From assembly GCF_964355755.1 (NCBI RefSeq), contig NC_092670.1, positions 5,136,201-5,200,200 on the forward strand: DNA of 64,000 nucleotides. The letters run 5' to 3'. A model generated the notes under the pieces. The model was not told the origin of the DNA. It saw only the letters and a program-made list of their open reading frames with translations, and did no database searches. Origin of the DNA: Antedon mediterranea. Lineage: Eukaryota; Animalia; Echinodermata. Shown here one piece after another: positions 37,373 to 52,062 of this stretch. How positions within the stretch are numbered: the stretch's first letter is position 1; each line of letters starts with the position of its first letter. The position numbers and the translations under genes are program-made.

Positions 37373-39600
37373 TAAAATTACAGTGTTTTAAAGGCATAAA
37401 AGGCATCGACGAAGGTTTTTTGGAAAACTATTGCGCGATATGACCAAAAGCAATTGTTTAAGGAAAGATTTAAAGCTAAATGTTAAAATAACTTATATAT
37501 AATTATTTACTGTTTATTAGGTCTATAATATTTTTGTTTAATTCATAACATTGGTAAATACTATAGTGTAATACAGTATATAATGTGCATGGTTTATCGT
37601 CTACTGAAAAAAATAAAACAATTGTAGCTGTTAAGTTTAGGATTGAGTGTATTGAAAATGTTTAATTATGGATAAACCAGTACGTGGAAGGTGCCACAAT
37701 CACAAACCATTTGATCTCTGGAGCTCAGTATCCTGTTGTTAGATTGTCTTGCTTAGACAGAGCCTCTGTTCGAATATCAAGTTCTATTTTATTTAATTCA
37801 AACTGTTATATATTGGTGATTTGATTTTTATTTACTAACAGTATAAAACGTGTGAATAGATATTCTCTATCGTTGTCAATATAAGAATCCATGTGCCTAG
37901 TAATATTATTATGCATACTGACTGTACATATCAGTAATCCCTTATACATTTCACTCACTGTTTGCTAATGGAGACAATATTTTATCCATGGTCAATATGC
38001 TAATTATTAAACTGTTTTTATTCTGTGTATAACGTATATTTTTATGCATTATGTAACTGAAATAAACTATGTATTAAAAAGGAAATATTGCAGGTATCAG
38101 TTATGTACAGATGGTAAATGCAACCTTTATAGGCGCTAGCCTACAAACAGACACAGATGGTAGAAGATTCGCATACGCATTCCTATTTTAGACATGTGAT
38201 TGATGGTATCTGTAACTTCTTCCAGCTCCACTATCACTGCTTCTTCTTTTTGCCCCAGATCAGCAAAAAAAACGCGGGTCGTTTGTCAATCAAATCGTGC
38301 AGGGAAGCGATATTTACAAATGTAGAGAATGTGCAATTAATAGAACAATGAAATAGTATTACATTACCGTCTCAGACATTGCAAATAGGCTATAGAAAAA
38401 ATGTTTCAATCGAGTTTTGATTAGTTAAAAATGTAGGCTATCCTATAATACATAGGCCTACAGCAATGTTTACGTTCATGTGAGAGGAAGGAATCATGAC
38501 ACGGTTGACGCCTTTGATAACGGCACGTTCTCGGAAACGTACCCTAGCTGTAGGCCTATCTTATTGTACAAAACTAGATAATTAGGCGTAACACTATAGC
38601 GAAACATTACGGAATTGTTTTATGTATTTAACACGATGATGGCAATGAAATTTCGTCTTGACTTTCACATACGCGCTTAAAACTCAAATGGATTCGCTTC
38701 TTCGCGTCGCGTTGTATTGTACGTTACTACTTCCGGGTCATTCACCATAATCACTTCCGGATTAGCGCCCTCTACTGTTTACTTCGCAATAATGTAGACC
38801 TACGTAGGCGCTTTTGTGTTTGTACATAAAGAAATAAGTTATTTTTACTCACAAATCAACACAACAAAGCTAATACAGTACATCAATAAACTTAATACAG
38901 TATTACCATGTAGAAATAAGTTCCATGGTATTACATACAGACATACACGAACAATGAATATAATGTCCATTAACGAACAAAAGCTTTAATAATATTTTTT
39001 TTTCAATATCTGAAGAAAACAATAAGCTGCCTACGTAAGAAGCAGCATAAATAAAGCAACAAGTTGAAAAGCATTTTGATGGATGACGATATCAAATAGG
39101 CGTAGAATAGCAAACCGACGTGTTAAGAATACTAATGAATGAATGTTATCCATGAATATTATCATTTCCTTAGAAAAACTCCTATAGTACGAGTACCTAC
39201 CATCTAACAATTATGAATTCCGGTACTCTATAATAATCTATGGTTTAGCATGGTTTGTGGAATTACCTGCAAACCACTTAACTAGAATCCCTACTATATT
39301 CACTTGGTGTCATTTTCTGACATTACCTCAATGAGTAGGCCTACGGCTCCTACGCTGAATATTTTTACTAATTCTGCCAACTTGGATATTTTAGTGATTT
39401 CCGACAACACAATCACACTGTTCGATGGTATCCAGGGAGAAATACAATTTCCAACTTAATAGAGAATATAATTAAAATTCACAACAATGATAATAATGAT
39501 AATGACAATGATAACACTTAAGTTTATCATAATAGTAATTACCGGTACCGATACATAACAAGAAACTATATGGCCTACATAGAACTATTATATTATTTAA

Positions 39601-39760
39601 AGCTCTGTCTACACTATCAAACTTTATGTGCCAAATAAATAAGATGTTATCGTATATGGACATGATGATGTCATATCACTACCATATTTAAGCATATCAC
39701 CACAATATTTGGGCACATCACACTTCTTTGTAAAACTAGTTTGATCGTGTAGACAGCGCT
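39601..39760 (+). mobile_element. AGCTCTGTCTACAC MITE family, full-length copy
   Basis: TIR agctctgtctacactatcaaact / agtttgatcgtgtagacagcgct; left flank TAA. Confidence 0.85.
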
Positions 39761-39983
39761 TTGAGCCTACAGGGAATTGTCTGCGTTTTCTCTTTACAAC
39801 CGAATTTAATTTATTGTGCCGTAATTTTCCTTTTGATGCATGCGTCATCCGAAGAGTACTTTGAGTTCTCTAGGCCTAATTCTTGTAAACACAAATATCA
39901 TCATTTTTTACAGACATCATACTTATTGTTCCAAGCCTAACAGCTTACATAACGCATTATTATAACAAATTACAAATGCTTTA

Positions 39984-40668
39984 GGGTATGTTCAGACTCA
40001 CGGAGTTACGGTGGAGTTATCTACGCAAGGCGTACGGTAATCCGTGGCGTTAAAAGCCAAGGTGTTAAGACACAACGATCAACATTCCAATGCCTTGCGT
40101 TTAAAACACTCTGATCAGGTCAAAGCAGATAGAACTATATGTATACATTCATGACAATGCATGAAAGTTTACATCGTTTACATTGTTCTTTTTATTTTTA
40201 TTTATATAATGTTTACCTTCAAATATACTGATTTGTTCTTACTACTGTACTTGTAGAATTGCATTTTAATTCAAAATAATTTAAAACGAAATTGTTACAT
40301 GGATAATTATCTGATTAATTGATTTAATTTATGAAAATATCATATTACTGACGCCAACTTTACTGTTCTTTAAAATCTGAACCTGAAAATACATTTGATA
40401 TAGCTATTTCGCTGTCGTATTATAGGGTACGGGTATGTAGTTGCTGTCTGCTAATCGTGGTCGTGTATTTTCATTTTTTAAGGTTAAAATCACTGATGCA
40501 TCACTGGATTGGTGTTATGAAATCTACCCTCTCCCGCTAGAGTTATTAACGCCACTCGCGGAGTAACAGCTTCCTAACGCTAATCCGCGGCATGGTTCAG
40601 ACACAAAAATTATGTACGCCGCTTACATACCTCCAGGCCACCGTAACTCCGTGAGTCTGAACATACCC
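39984..40668. mobile_element. Non-autonomous PIF/Harbinger-type element (685 bp)
   Basis: Perfect 31-bp TIR GGGTATGTTCAGACTCACGGAGTTACGGTGG. TTA target duplication at 39981-39983 and 40669-40671. Confidence 0.92.
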
Positions 40669-41664
40669 TTAGTAGTGCTTATAATAACCTGATAGATAAT
40701 ACATTACAATAATGCCTCTGTATTTCAATGACGTAAAAACTAATATGTCAAAAATATCACAACAAAAAAATTCCATATACACCTGCCATCGCAATATGAC
40801 TCAGTTATCAGGTTGAGAATAGGAGAAGTCTATTACGGCGTGGATACCAAACATGAACAGTTCAATGTAGGCAGATGTTACTGCGTACTGCACATGAGAA
40901 TACATAATAAAAGGCATAAAGGTAGGCCTATGCTTGCTTTTATGAGTGCCAAGATTGAAATAACTCCAAAGCGGGTGTCTCTCTCACACCCACACCAGTA
41001 GATCAAAACCTTCACAGTAGGCCTACAGTAATTTCGGTCATGATTCTATGACAGCCCACTACTCCTCTATGGTGAATTTCAATTGAAGTTAAATCCCAGT
41101 CATTTGGAACCTCATTACCTCAACCCTCCGACCTTCGCGAAGGGTGATTCTATGTAGTTCTTTTCTGGTCATTTCAATACTCTACACCCCACTATGGAGA
41201 AGGCATAACGAACAACCCGCACACGTCTGTGAAGATGCGAATTGTTAGTACTGTAGTAATTATGTTATATTGGAAAGCAGCACATGTATAACAAATGCAT
41301 CTCACACACAACATTTGTAGAAAGTATTGCTTGGATACTGATTATCTTTCCTTTAACCTTTTTTATGTTCAGTATATTTAATTAATTATAGATTATTATG
41401 AATAAATTCATGCCTAATCCATACATCAAATTTGCTGTATAAAGTTTTAGTAAAGCTTAGTTACCTCTCTATGAGGACGTACGCGCAACGCAATTGCCAT
41501 TTGACTAATCAAATAGTTTGATTATCCGTCACTTGTGATTTGGCAAATTACCAGCGCGATGCGTGTGCGTCGTCATTGCGTTGCGTCCCAGTTCAAACAA
41601 AGCATAAAGCCGTACAACAGAACACACAAGAGAAGCCAGTAGACGATGTAGTACATGTGCGTAA

Positions 41665-42039
41665 AGCTGATTTTCCATTAGGCGAATTTGTTCACGCGAA
41701 TCCAACGTTTCGAAGAGAAAAAAATCGCCTACTCTCTTTCCACTACATGAGTGAATAGCTGCAACGTTCATGTTCCTCGCGTGGTTGCTGAGCATTTCGA
41801 TTCGCATGAGTGCTCATGAAAGCGTCATAGCTCATTTCCTGAGCTCTGATTGGTTGCGCAATATTTCGCTTCGCAAAAAATAGAAACCATTCGAACTAGT
41901 AAATTTCGCTGAAGCGAAAAATCAAAGGAAATAGAATTCGTAGAAGAAGGCAGTATGACAGACAGAAACGCGAATACGCATGTGCATAGCATGACGCTAT
42001 CGATTCGCGCGAACAAATTCGCCTAGTGGAAAATAGGCT
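41665..42039. mobile_element. Long variant (375 bp) of the AGCCGATTTTCCACTAGGCG MITE family
   Basis: It has the same TIRs as the 22274 element with a different interior, and TAA on both sides. Confidence 0.85.
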
Positions 42040-42042
42040 TAA

Positions 42043-42201
42043 AGCTGATTTTCCACAAGGCGAATTTGTTAGCGCGAATCGAAAGCGTCAGCTTATACGC
42101 ATGCGTATTCATGTTTCCATCTTCCAAATCCCTATCTACGCATGCGTATAACCTGACGCATTCGATTCGCTCGAACAAATTCGCCTAGTGGAAAATCGGC
42201 T
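42043..42201. mobile_element. 159-bp palindromic MITE, same family as 22274-22432
   Basis: Same length, TIRs and interior as the 22274 copy. Only TAA separates it from the previous element. Confidence 0.9.
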
Positions 42202-45011
42202 TTAGACCTTTTGCAGTAACGCAGCAGTTTAACGTAATTCAACGTTAACTAATATTAATAACATACATAATATTTTTTAATAAAATGTAATAACCGGCAC
42301 ATTATCATAATTTTAGAATAAGCTCCTTTCTCATTTTTTGTTTGTTTACGATACAAAATTATTCTTACTAATAAATAGTTTATCTCTATTAATTACACAA
42401 ATAATTACTTCTTCATTTCGAATAGACATATATACTGCATATTGATTAAATAAATAATTCAAAATATCACGCAACAGCGGGAGTATAGTTCGATCAGACA
42501 GTAAAACAGCCCATTAATGACCATAGGCGGTTATCCTCAAGTCAACCATTAAATATCCAATCAAGGTATTCTAAGTTATTACTGTGGATTAGTATCACTC
42601 GTTATTGTTCATCTTCATTACAAAAGTATAGAATACAGAGTAGGCAACATAATAAAAGATACAATCAGTTTTAATTATACAAAGTTAATAATATTTAAAA
42701 GTAAAGTGTGCTAAATCCCATCCTAATAGAAATAACATCTACTGTACTAACACAGGTAGGCCTAATATTCAATTCTAGCCGACTAAAAAAACAAATTCAA
42801 CTGAGAAAAATATACTGTAAGAATAGCTTTATTGTGGGGTCCAATCAACATAATACAAAGATAGAATTATAAGATACACAAAATCGTATGCAGTAAAAGG
42901 TAAAAGTATTGAAGAATATACGCAATAATAAACAAATACAAAAGACACATTTTTTTTAACTTTTTGAGCCTCATGAAACAAATTATTAGTTTAGAGACGG
43001 TCTTGAAAAAACAACTGTGGAAGTGTATCGAATGACAGAAAGATTGATTGTGAAAGTCACATGTAGGTTTAAGTTTCATGAAAAAAGTCCAGAGACTGAA
43101 GAAAAACTGATGAAATAGTAGTATTACCTTTATGAAAGAGATGTGAAGTATGTCTTTTAGCTTGCTGGAAATAATGTGTTTATTTGAATCACAGGTATTA
43201 GGAAAATAAAACAAAGATTAAGGGAAGCGAATATAGAACTGAAAAGTAAGGTCTGCTAAAAAATATCTGATGTAAACACTCTTAACACATTACAAATCTA
43301 TATACCATAGCTACAATAGTAAAGATTGTCCTTCTAATTAAAATACCATGTCATGTCTTGTCCTCATCTTATGTTAGCCTCAACCTACGATAGTAATTGA
43401 ATTTTATATTATATTCATAATCAACCAATAATCTGATCTGGGAAATTAAATACTGTCTAATTTGACGTGGAACGTCCAAATTATAGAGAATAATCTATAA
43501 TTAAACCTACAACCCAGTCTATATTCGCATGAATGCAAAAGTTTCCAGATCTTGCTTAGCACTACGCAAGCAAGTGGTCAATTATAGCTTAGACATTACC
43601 ATTCTGTATGTGGGTAAAGGGTGACATAATTATGAATAATTGTATTGTCTAAATTTAAATGCAATATTGTTGGATTAGGTTTTTTTTTAAACATTACTTT
43701 TTATAAATTTATAGGTTTTGCAAATTGTTTTTCATGATGTGTCTGCGTGGGAGTAGGCTACATCAGTCTAAATATATCAGAAATACTAAAAACAGGATTT
43801 GTTTTCTTCACGTGTAGGTTGGCGGTTTATTTAAACAGTGTTTTCCATAGGAGTACGGTAAGGCGTTTAGAGTTGACACGAAAAAGAATGTTGTAAGTGA
43901 ATGCCAATATGTTTATGATGAAATAAAGATTGATTTTATTTACCCATGATACATTTATCAAATTACAAATTAACCGACGACGTGATGATGGACATACACG
44001 ATATTAAAACATTTCGGCTTATTTACTCAATACTCGACAATCCAGCAAAATAATAAATTAATTACCTGCGAATAATGTTATAGTTCATCATTTCAAACAA
44101 GCCGAATGTTGTCTTCAAAAACAATGTAATCCGTCGATGTTTACCAGATTGATAATTAACAGTTCTGTGATTTATTTTATTGTTAAGAAAAACTTGAAGT
44201 CAATTGGAAGTTTAGCACAGAACTCACAAATACTTGTAATGTTTGAAAATAACTGAAATGGGGTTATAAATCTATTGCAAGGACCTGAATCCAAATAAAT
44301 TGACATATTGAAATGGAATAGTCCTATGTTCTGCGCGTAAATCGTGTACTGTCCTAAACATACATACATAGGTGTATATATATTTACATACCTGAAAGGG
44401 CCGCCTTTGTGATATAAGACTGACGTTAATGTATAGAATAACACGCAATATATTCTCCTCTCTGTTTGGAATAAGAACGATAAACAAAATACTAATCATT
44501 TGCTGTGTTCTAATTAAAATAAATTCCGCGATGACAGACAAGCGTGTTAAAAATTTCAGTCGGAAAAATAATGAGTGGTCAGTTTATATCTGATTTTTAT
44601 TAAGAACTAGTGCTGTAAACTATCATTCTGTTTATTGATTGATTGCGATGCGAGAAGGTGTATTATTGCGCATCCTAAGCTGCAGTCAATGCCAAGTCAA
44701 ACTACTAAGATTGGTTATCGTGTGGTTGTCGGAAAGAAATAACGGAAACGAAAGCTTGGAGTAAATATATTTAAACAGTAGGTATATATTTGAATATTGT
44801 ATACCAATGTGGTAAAACAAATAAACTAAAACAATTTGAGGCACATGTGTAGGCTTACATACAGTCCTAAGTAGAAAAAATATGAACAAAAAGGAATAAC
44901 TTAAACTGCCTCAATTTATTTTCTTTGACTGAATCCTGGCATAGACCATCAGGGAATATACCTTGCTTATAACCTTAAAAAATATGAATAAACATAACAA
45001 TAGCTTACAAC

Positions 45012-45085
45012 CATTTGGGCATATTGCCATATTTGGACACTTCACACTTTTGTTGTCAAACTAGTTTGATAGTGTAGACAGCGCT
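45012..45085 (+). mobile_element. Partial AGCTCTGTCTACAC MITE (right end only)
   Basis: ccatatttggacacttcacactttt...aaactagtttgatagtgtagacagcgct followed by TAA. Confidence 0.7.
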
Positions 45086-47090
45086 TAACTATACAAGAAA
45101 ACAGAATCGAAACACGCCTTATTAGCTAGTATTAGCAACCGCCAAACGAATGTTTATTAGTTCTGTTGGTGACTGTTATTATTTTTTCCCCACATTATTC
45201 GCTTTAATTATTGTTTTACAAATGATAACATTTGGTTTAATTACATTGCATATTTATTGATATTATAAAGTATCAATCACTTTGATGTAGCCGGTGACCG
45301 TTTATATAGACTGTCACCTCCTGTAAGTCTAATTATGATTAATGACAAAAATTTCTCAAACAATGGATTTCAAATTAGTTGCATGATTTCCAATAAGAAT
45401 GATCAGTTCAAGTTTCAGCCAACCACCAAATGTGTAGACGTGAACACTAATTTATTTTCTTCATGTTAATCAAATTAATTAAGTGGTTTAACGGTATTTG
45501 TCTATTAGGCCTACGCTTTATTTCAGAGTCTATCGCAGCGTTTTTAGTCTTATACGCATTTTCAAATCTTAAACAAGTTCGCCACTTTTCAGTCTATATC
45601 TAAACAAAATTGCATTTTGGTATATTTGTTGTAGGCCTATACGTAAACTCCTGAAAACTCTCTGTGCTTTCACCGGCCAAATGGCTGAAAACCCGGTATT
45701 CTTATTCTTATTCTTTATTGCCATCAAACAACAACAATCAAACAAACAACTGCAAAGTAAGTGGCAGGAAACACAAAAGGGAACTAAATCTTATGGATGA
45801 ACTTCTTTCATAATACTGGATTTTAAAACCGTGTATCAATGGTTTGTATCCGACATTAATTTATTTAATATAAAGTTATTGAATAATTGAAAAAATATTA
45901 ATCCATACATAAAATAACCGATGCAGAATTAAGTGGCATTATGCTGGCTTTTTAGATTTTCTATCACTTATTATTGTCTTAACTAACGGATTCATGTTTT
46001 TGATAATTTAGTAACTCATGAATATTAATAAAGATTAATCAACTTTATTGACGCGAACACGCGTCTTGATGATAGCGGTAAAAACAAATGATGAGTAAGT
46101 TTAGCTCAACTATAAGAAAATGTCTTAGTGATTATCAATATGTTTTATTCATTTTTAAATAATATGTACGGTATTTAAGCATTTTCACAATAGGTAAATA
46201 CCGGGCAAATAGAAAAACTTGCAACAGCATATGCTAAAGCACTGAGTTCTATATATTTCGAATCAACTGGAAAAATATTACCATATTTGTAAATAAATCT
46301 AAACAACGAAACGTAACGTACACATGCATACTCTTCCCTGTGTATACATCGTATGCGCACTTTGGTTGTTCTATTGAAATATTGTAATTGAATATTTGAA
46401 TCGTTTTTACTTTAATACAATCGGAGGACAAACCAAAAAACGAATAAAGTTAATTGTTTAAATTTAAAATGTAAACTAATAATATGATGTTTTTTAGAAT
46501 GTACATTTTGTACATTCTTGATTCAGTTTTTTCAATACTGGTGGTCCTACGCATGGCACTGAGACATTTGTATAAGTATGCCTACGTTTTGTCAGTCTGT
46601 CTTTTGATCTAGTATTCTGTCTATGGTAAAACAAGTTTTAAAAAAGAGTGATGAAAAGCGCACATCAAGATTAGCTGAAACATGGTAGGCCAGCATAAGA
46701 AACAAATTTGGTACTTATTGTTATCCACTAGTTTAAGAAGTTTAAATTTGTGAAAGTATTTCGTCATAGGACTAAGAAATCGCACGTAATGCTCTTTTCT
46801 GGAGTCTAAAAAGCTCTTGTAAATGTAAATGTACTACACCATTCTTATGTTGCAGTAACTTAGTATTAGTATTGAATGAGTGATCTGTATGTAAAATAAG
46901 GAAAAGTTGGTAAAAATTTATAGTTATATGCCAACATATCGAGATATTGCCTTTGTGGTAATATTGATATGCTTCTTAAATTTGAAAAATTCATCGATAT
47001 AAAGACTGGCCTTGTCGTTCACGTGCTATTGACAGTGACCTAATTGGTTCTGCAATGTCAAGATGGACCTTCTGATTTCCAAAGGATGTA

Positions 47091-47430
47091 CGGTGAGTGG
47101 CCGAGCGGTTAAGACAGTGGAACCGTAATTACGTAGCCATAACATCGGCAAGGGTTCGAGGCTCACTCGCTCCATGGTTCTGGTGGTAGAACGAGTCTTC
47201 TCGGATAAGGACTATAAACCATAGGTCCAGTGTACACATAGCTCATGCGCACTTTAAAGAACCTAGTACATCGAGGAGGGGGTTACCCCGGTGTACTAGT
47301 CCACACAAACACAGCCACTGTCACACACTGTGCAAATTGGGACTGGACCGTTTTAGAGGTGTTTACCACCTGTTGGTCCAGATCCTTCACTAACTGTGTT
47401 AGTGAGAAGTCGAATAAATAAAATAAAAAA
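47091..47430 (+). mobile_element. tRNA-derived SINE with Deu/Nin-type core
   Basis: A box TGGCCGAGCGG (47098), B box GGTTCGAGGCT (about 47153), core tcggataaggactataaacc...ggtcc...ttaaagaacc...ggggttaccccggtgt resembling the DeuSINE/AmnSINE1 domain, and an A-rich tail. Confidence 0.82.
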
Positions 47431-50400
47431 ATTAATAAAATAACGATCATAGGGTTTCGGATATTAAACATTTTTGTAAGACCGATCTATTGGCCCACGG
47501 TGAATACTGTGATTGGTTAAATTACGGATTGATACTATAGTTTTCAAGTAAACTATAGTAGGCTACAGGTAGGCCTATATACAATAAGATAGATATTGCA
47601 CCCGATGTACCAACTTCCGGCTTGCGTACTGGTTTCATAGTTGTGATGAAAAGAATATGACAAATTAAATTAAATCAGCAATCAATAAAGAATATCTAAC
47701 ATCGTGGAAAAGTTGTGATTCTTATACAAGAGTTACTTAAGCCTGTCGAGAATATCTGCTAGAGTAGATAATCGCTATCACATAAATCACACTACTAGGA
47801 AACCGGCTGAAAACAATAAGCATGCTTCAAGCCACGAGGCTCAAAGGATTAGCATATTGTCGGTCCAAGTCTTCAACAGACGCACACCTTTCTATCAAAT
47901 CTATTTTTTCAATAACGTCTGTGGAATATATAAACAAAGTTGTATATTATAAAGATGTACATGTATGGTGTTCCTCTTGGGCTTAAATTTAAATCCCAAA
48001 CTAACATAGATCATTCATAACCTTAAAAATTGGAGATTGGGCCTGTTGCAATGTTTATTCTCTTACTTGGTGGTAGATATATTACTAGGCCTATTATAGA
48101 TCCTGAAAAACTACACCAACATGTCGTTTTGAATATAACATTATACTTCAAAATTGGCTGGATTATGAGATGACGAAATGGAATGGACGGAAAAAACAAT
48201 AAGAAGTCAATATTAGCCTTCTTCCCTATCCCAAAATGAATAGAGGCAATCCAAAATGAAACGGACAATGCCCTCCACAACACTTTATTTTATCATTTCT
48301 ATTAAAAATGTTGTAAATTAAAGTGCGTATAAAACAGCCTTTTACTTAGATATGTTGCAGTTGTTTTAAAAAAAGCGCGTATGACGTCAGTAATGTAAAT
48401 ATAACTCAGTAGCAGGATGTTTACGTGGGTTTTGGTAATATGAATAAGTTGGATATTTTAGGTATTGGCGACATTTACAAATATATACAAAATGAATGAC
48501 ACGTTTTACGTTGGGTATTTCCAGAGATGATGTTGGATTATGCAAACACATAAGTTATTTTGAATTTAATCATTGAAGAAAATATGAGAAGATTACTTAA
48601 ATCCTAACAGTCTAATTATCTTGTTTAAAGAATATTTGTTTATAATTTACTATTTATTGACGTCAACTTGCTTTCAATGTATTCCATTAATTGTAATAAT
48701 AAATCTAATCTTATAAACAGAAATACAACAACAAAAAACACGAAAGAGTGAAATTACAATTAATTTAATTAGGAGACGCTTTTAATAGTGTGTGACTATT
48801 TAAAAAAAAAAGTTTTCTTTTTTTTTTCAAATTAAAAATAAAATTAGAGATAAATATTTATTTTTATCTCTTTTTGGTGAAATTATACAAAATATATTAT
48901 ACTTATATAATTTTAGGAAATTAAAGAGGCAAAATGTGTTTTCTGATATTGAAATCTACATAAATTTACTGGTTAAAAACTGTTAAATTATGACGTACAA
49001 TAGGCCTATATGATCCATTTGTTCAAAATAAAAAATAAACTGCTCTGTGGTTTTCAATTTGTTCAAACGGTTTTAAAGCGTGCGTTCTCTAAAGCTTGTC
49101 AACGTTTAAGAGCGAGAGTAAGGCGTTAAGTCATTTTTAAGTAAATTATGAGATACAAACGCTTGATGCGAAGAAACGCATTTGTCACTTAAAACAATAA
49201 TTAGATAACCATATTACTTATAATAAATGGACATATAGCAAGTAATAAAATGGCACGAATTGAATTGAAATACAATTTTAATTCTATACATGCACAAGGC
49301 AACCGATAGTGGTACACTTACTGTATTGTAACCGCCAAATTAATCGTAATGGAACATGTGTACAACAATATAGAAGAAGGTTGGATAATACGAAATCAAG
49401 GATGGCCTACTTTAACCAAGAAGAAGGTAGAATGAGTAAGAAATAATACAAAAGCAACGCGTTTTGACTCGTCGATACGAGTCATCTTGAGATACTGTAG
49501 CGTCGTGCGTAGTTTTAAGGTCGTCAGGAGAACTTTAAACATGTTCTCTCCCGACGAGACCACTGTCTGAGTTGGCCTTAAAAACTGGAGAAAGAATCCA
49601 ACAAAACAGAAGAAATTTGTTCAGATAATAAATGGCAGATCATCGGTGTCTGCATCTATAATTGTTACAGTATCATAAGCAAATTCTGTGATACAGAATT
49701 ACATTTCTATCATGTCATTGACGCCATATGCTATGTGACACTGCAGTGTTTATGTATTAAAGAAAGTTCATTCATTCATTTATTTGGTCAAAATCACAAA
49801 AAATACAAATACAAAACAGTACATTGTTTCCTATGATTTGTTAAATTCTTTCTCCAGTGTTTACGTAACCACTTTGCTTTTGTTTTTTCTGAGCATAATG
49901 CCAAGGGGCAGATATGCCTACGGAATTAAAGAATAATAATAATAACGATTAAGGCCAACAAATTTACAAGATGTTAGAAATGTAAGCATGAATTGAAAAT
50001 GAAAAGCAGGAAATTAGGAAGCAGTAATACCTAATAATTACTAAAAATAAATAATTATAATTGAGAAAGGTAGAAGATAAATGGCGAGTAGGCCTACTTT
50101 GACGACGTTGCTGAAAGAAATAGAAGAAATATGTTTGAAAGACACTATGGAAGAATAAAGTATAGAAAGAAACTGACGAACTGGCCGAGATGAATATGGA
50201 TTCAGTCATCGAGAAGACTACCTAAGTTAATTTTCAATACCAGCTATTTACTCAGCTGAAATAACGTGCCACAGAAATAAATTAGGATGGTAGTTAACAG
50301 AATGTACAATGTCAGCACAACACTATATTCAAAAGAATGGAAACTTCTATTCATATCTAGGCCTAATTTGTTAATTAACCCAATGCACTAAAATCACTAG

Positions 50401-52062
50401 TAACTGTATACGTATAATCATATACGTTTGTACTAGATAGATCATTATTGTGATCATATCATCCTCAGATCATATTAGAAATTATAAATAATGACTTTTC
50501 CAAATATATTATATTTATAATTTTTTCAAACACATTTCCTATGTGATTATGTACTCAATCTAAATATACCAATTTCGAATTAAATATAAATTATGTATAA
50601 TAGCCTTAGGCGTACAATCTAATAATAATAATTGATGTAGGCCTACATCAAATCTAAAAATAATCAATGATTACAATCTATAAATAACAATCTGCATTTA
50701 TGAAGAATCAAAGATGCTTCTAAAATTACAAATTAGAAATATTAGAAGTCAACTTTTAACAACGTAATTATTTATTTAATGGAAATGAACAATAATGAAA
50801 TTAATCTTACATTAAATCCGTTTTGCTTATTTTATTAACAATTGCAGTAATTTGTTTTTTACAAATCCACCGTGAATAGCGTAAAAATAAAATTACGAGT
50901 TCATACGGGTCAGTGATATAACCTGGAATTTTACTAAAATGCTTGGAAGAAGTTATAAACAATTTGACAGTTTGGATGTACTGTATAGGAGAATAATATT
51001 GAATTAGAACATCATCTATATGCGATTTAACAATTTGCAAATGAATTATTTTAAAAAAAACATAAAAAAGGGAGAAATTAAGTAGAAATAAAAACAACGA
51101 GAACAGATGAGATTTGAGGAGAGCGATTGTTGAACTTTGAAAATTGGTTCCCGAGCTTTGGAGCTTCTCGGAAGAAACGCTCTCCACATGCTATGTGTAT
51201 TACCGAGAAAGTGTGTGAAAGTTATTATTGTATAATGAGTTATTATATATTTAGGCTTATAGATAATTGATTGATTTAGCTGTTTTTCTAGTCTTATGGC
51301 AACATTATAGGCTTGATGGATATCCATGTTGTTTTTGTTTGCTTTTAATTTTATTCTGTTTTCCTTTGTAGTAATGTTTTATATGATAAAATAAAAAAGA
51401 AACATTATAGGCCTAGTTTCGTAACTTTAACAATATCATCTTATTTACTTTGCACAAGCAGTCACTAGCGTACCGTATCTTTCAGGTTAAATACAAGATA
51501 ATGTATAACATCCATAATATAGTGAGATATGGTTTGTTTTCCAAAGCATGATGCAGACAGTAAATTGATACACAACTAGTTTCTAAATGTTCTTGCATTA
51601 TTCATGTACTAAACCAAAGCAGCCATTGTCCAGGTGCTATGCTCCAATTCCCACATATCTTTAGGGCGGGTTAATGCAACACTTTTACATATCATCATCG
51701 ATTCTATGAAGACGTGTCCCAAGGACCTCATTAACTTATTTCGCAAATAAGCCTTCTGTTCAATCTTTCTCAAAAACAACTTTGCTGTCCTTAATTAACT
51801 TCAAAAAACCTAGTTTTCCCTGAGACAAAATTAATCTTTTGCAATAATGTAAACATTCCCATTAGGCCCAGATCCATATACCGTGTACGCTCCAATTACT
51901 TAACAACATGACGATCAATCGACGCAAACTACTGTATCTGTATACAGATACAAAAATGAGTTGAATTTTTCTTTCAAGCCTCAAATTCCAATGAAATTAA
52001 TTTTTTTTCAGCTTGAAGTACAAAGGAATAAAACTTTATAAATGTAAGATGTGTTCCCCTGA

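Noticed and set aside
47091-47175. tRNA gene
   Set aside because: A and B boxes are present, but there is no proper cloverleaf and the sequence continues into a SINE core and tail.
50807-51187. 126-aa ORF, possibly a LINE C-terminal remnant (likewise 42867-43214)
   Set aside because: No diagnostic motif could be identified confidently, and the composition is that of AT-rich non-coding DNA.
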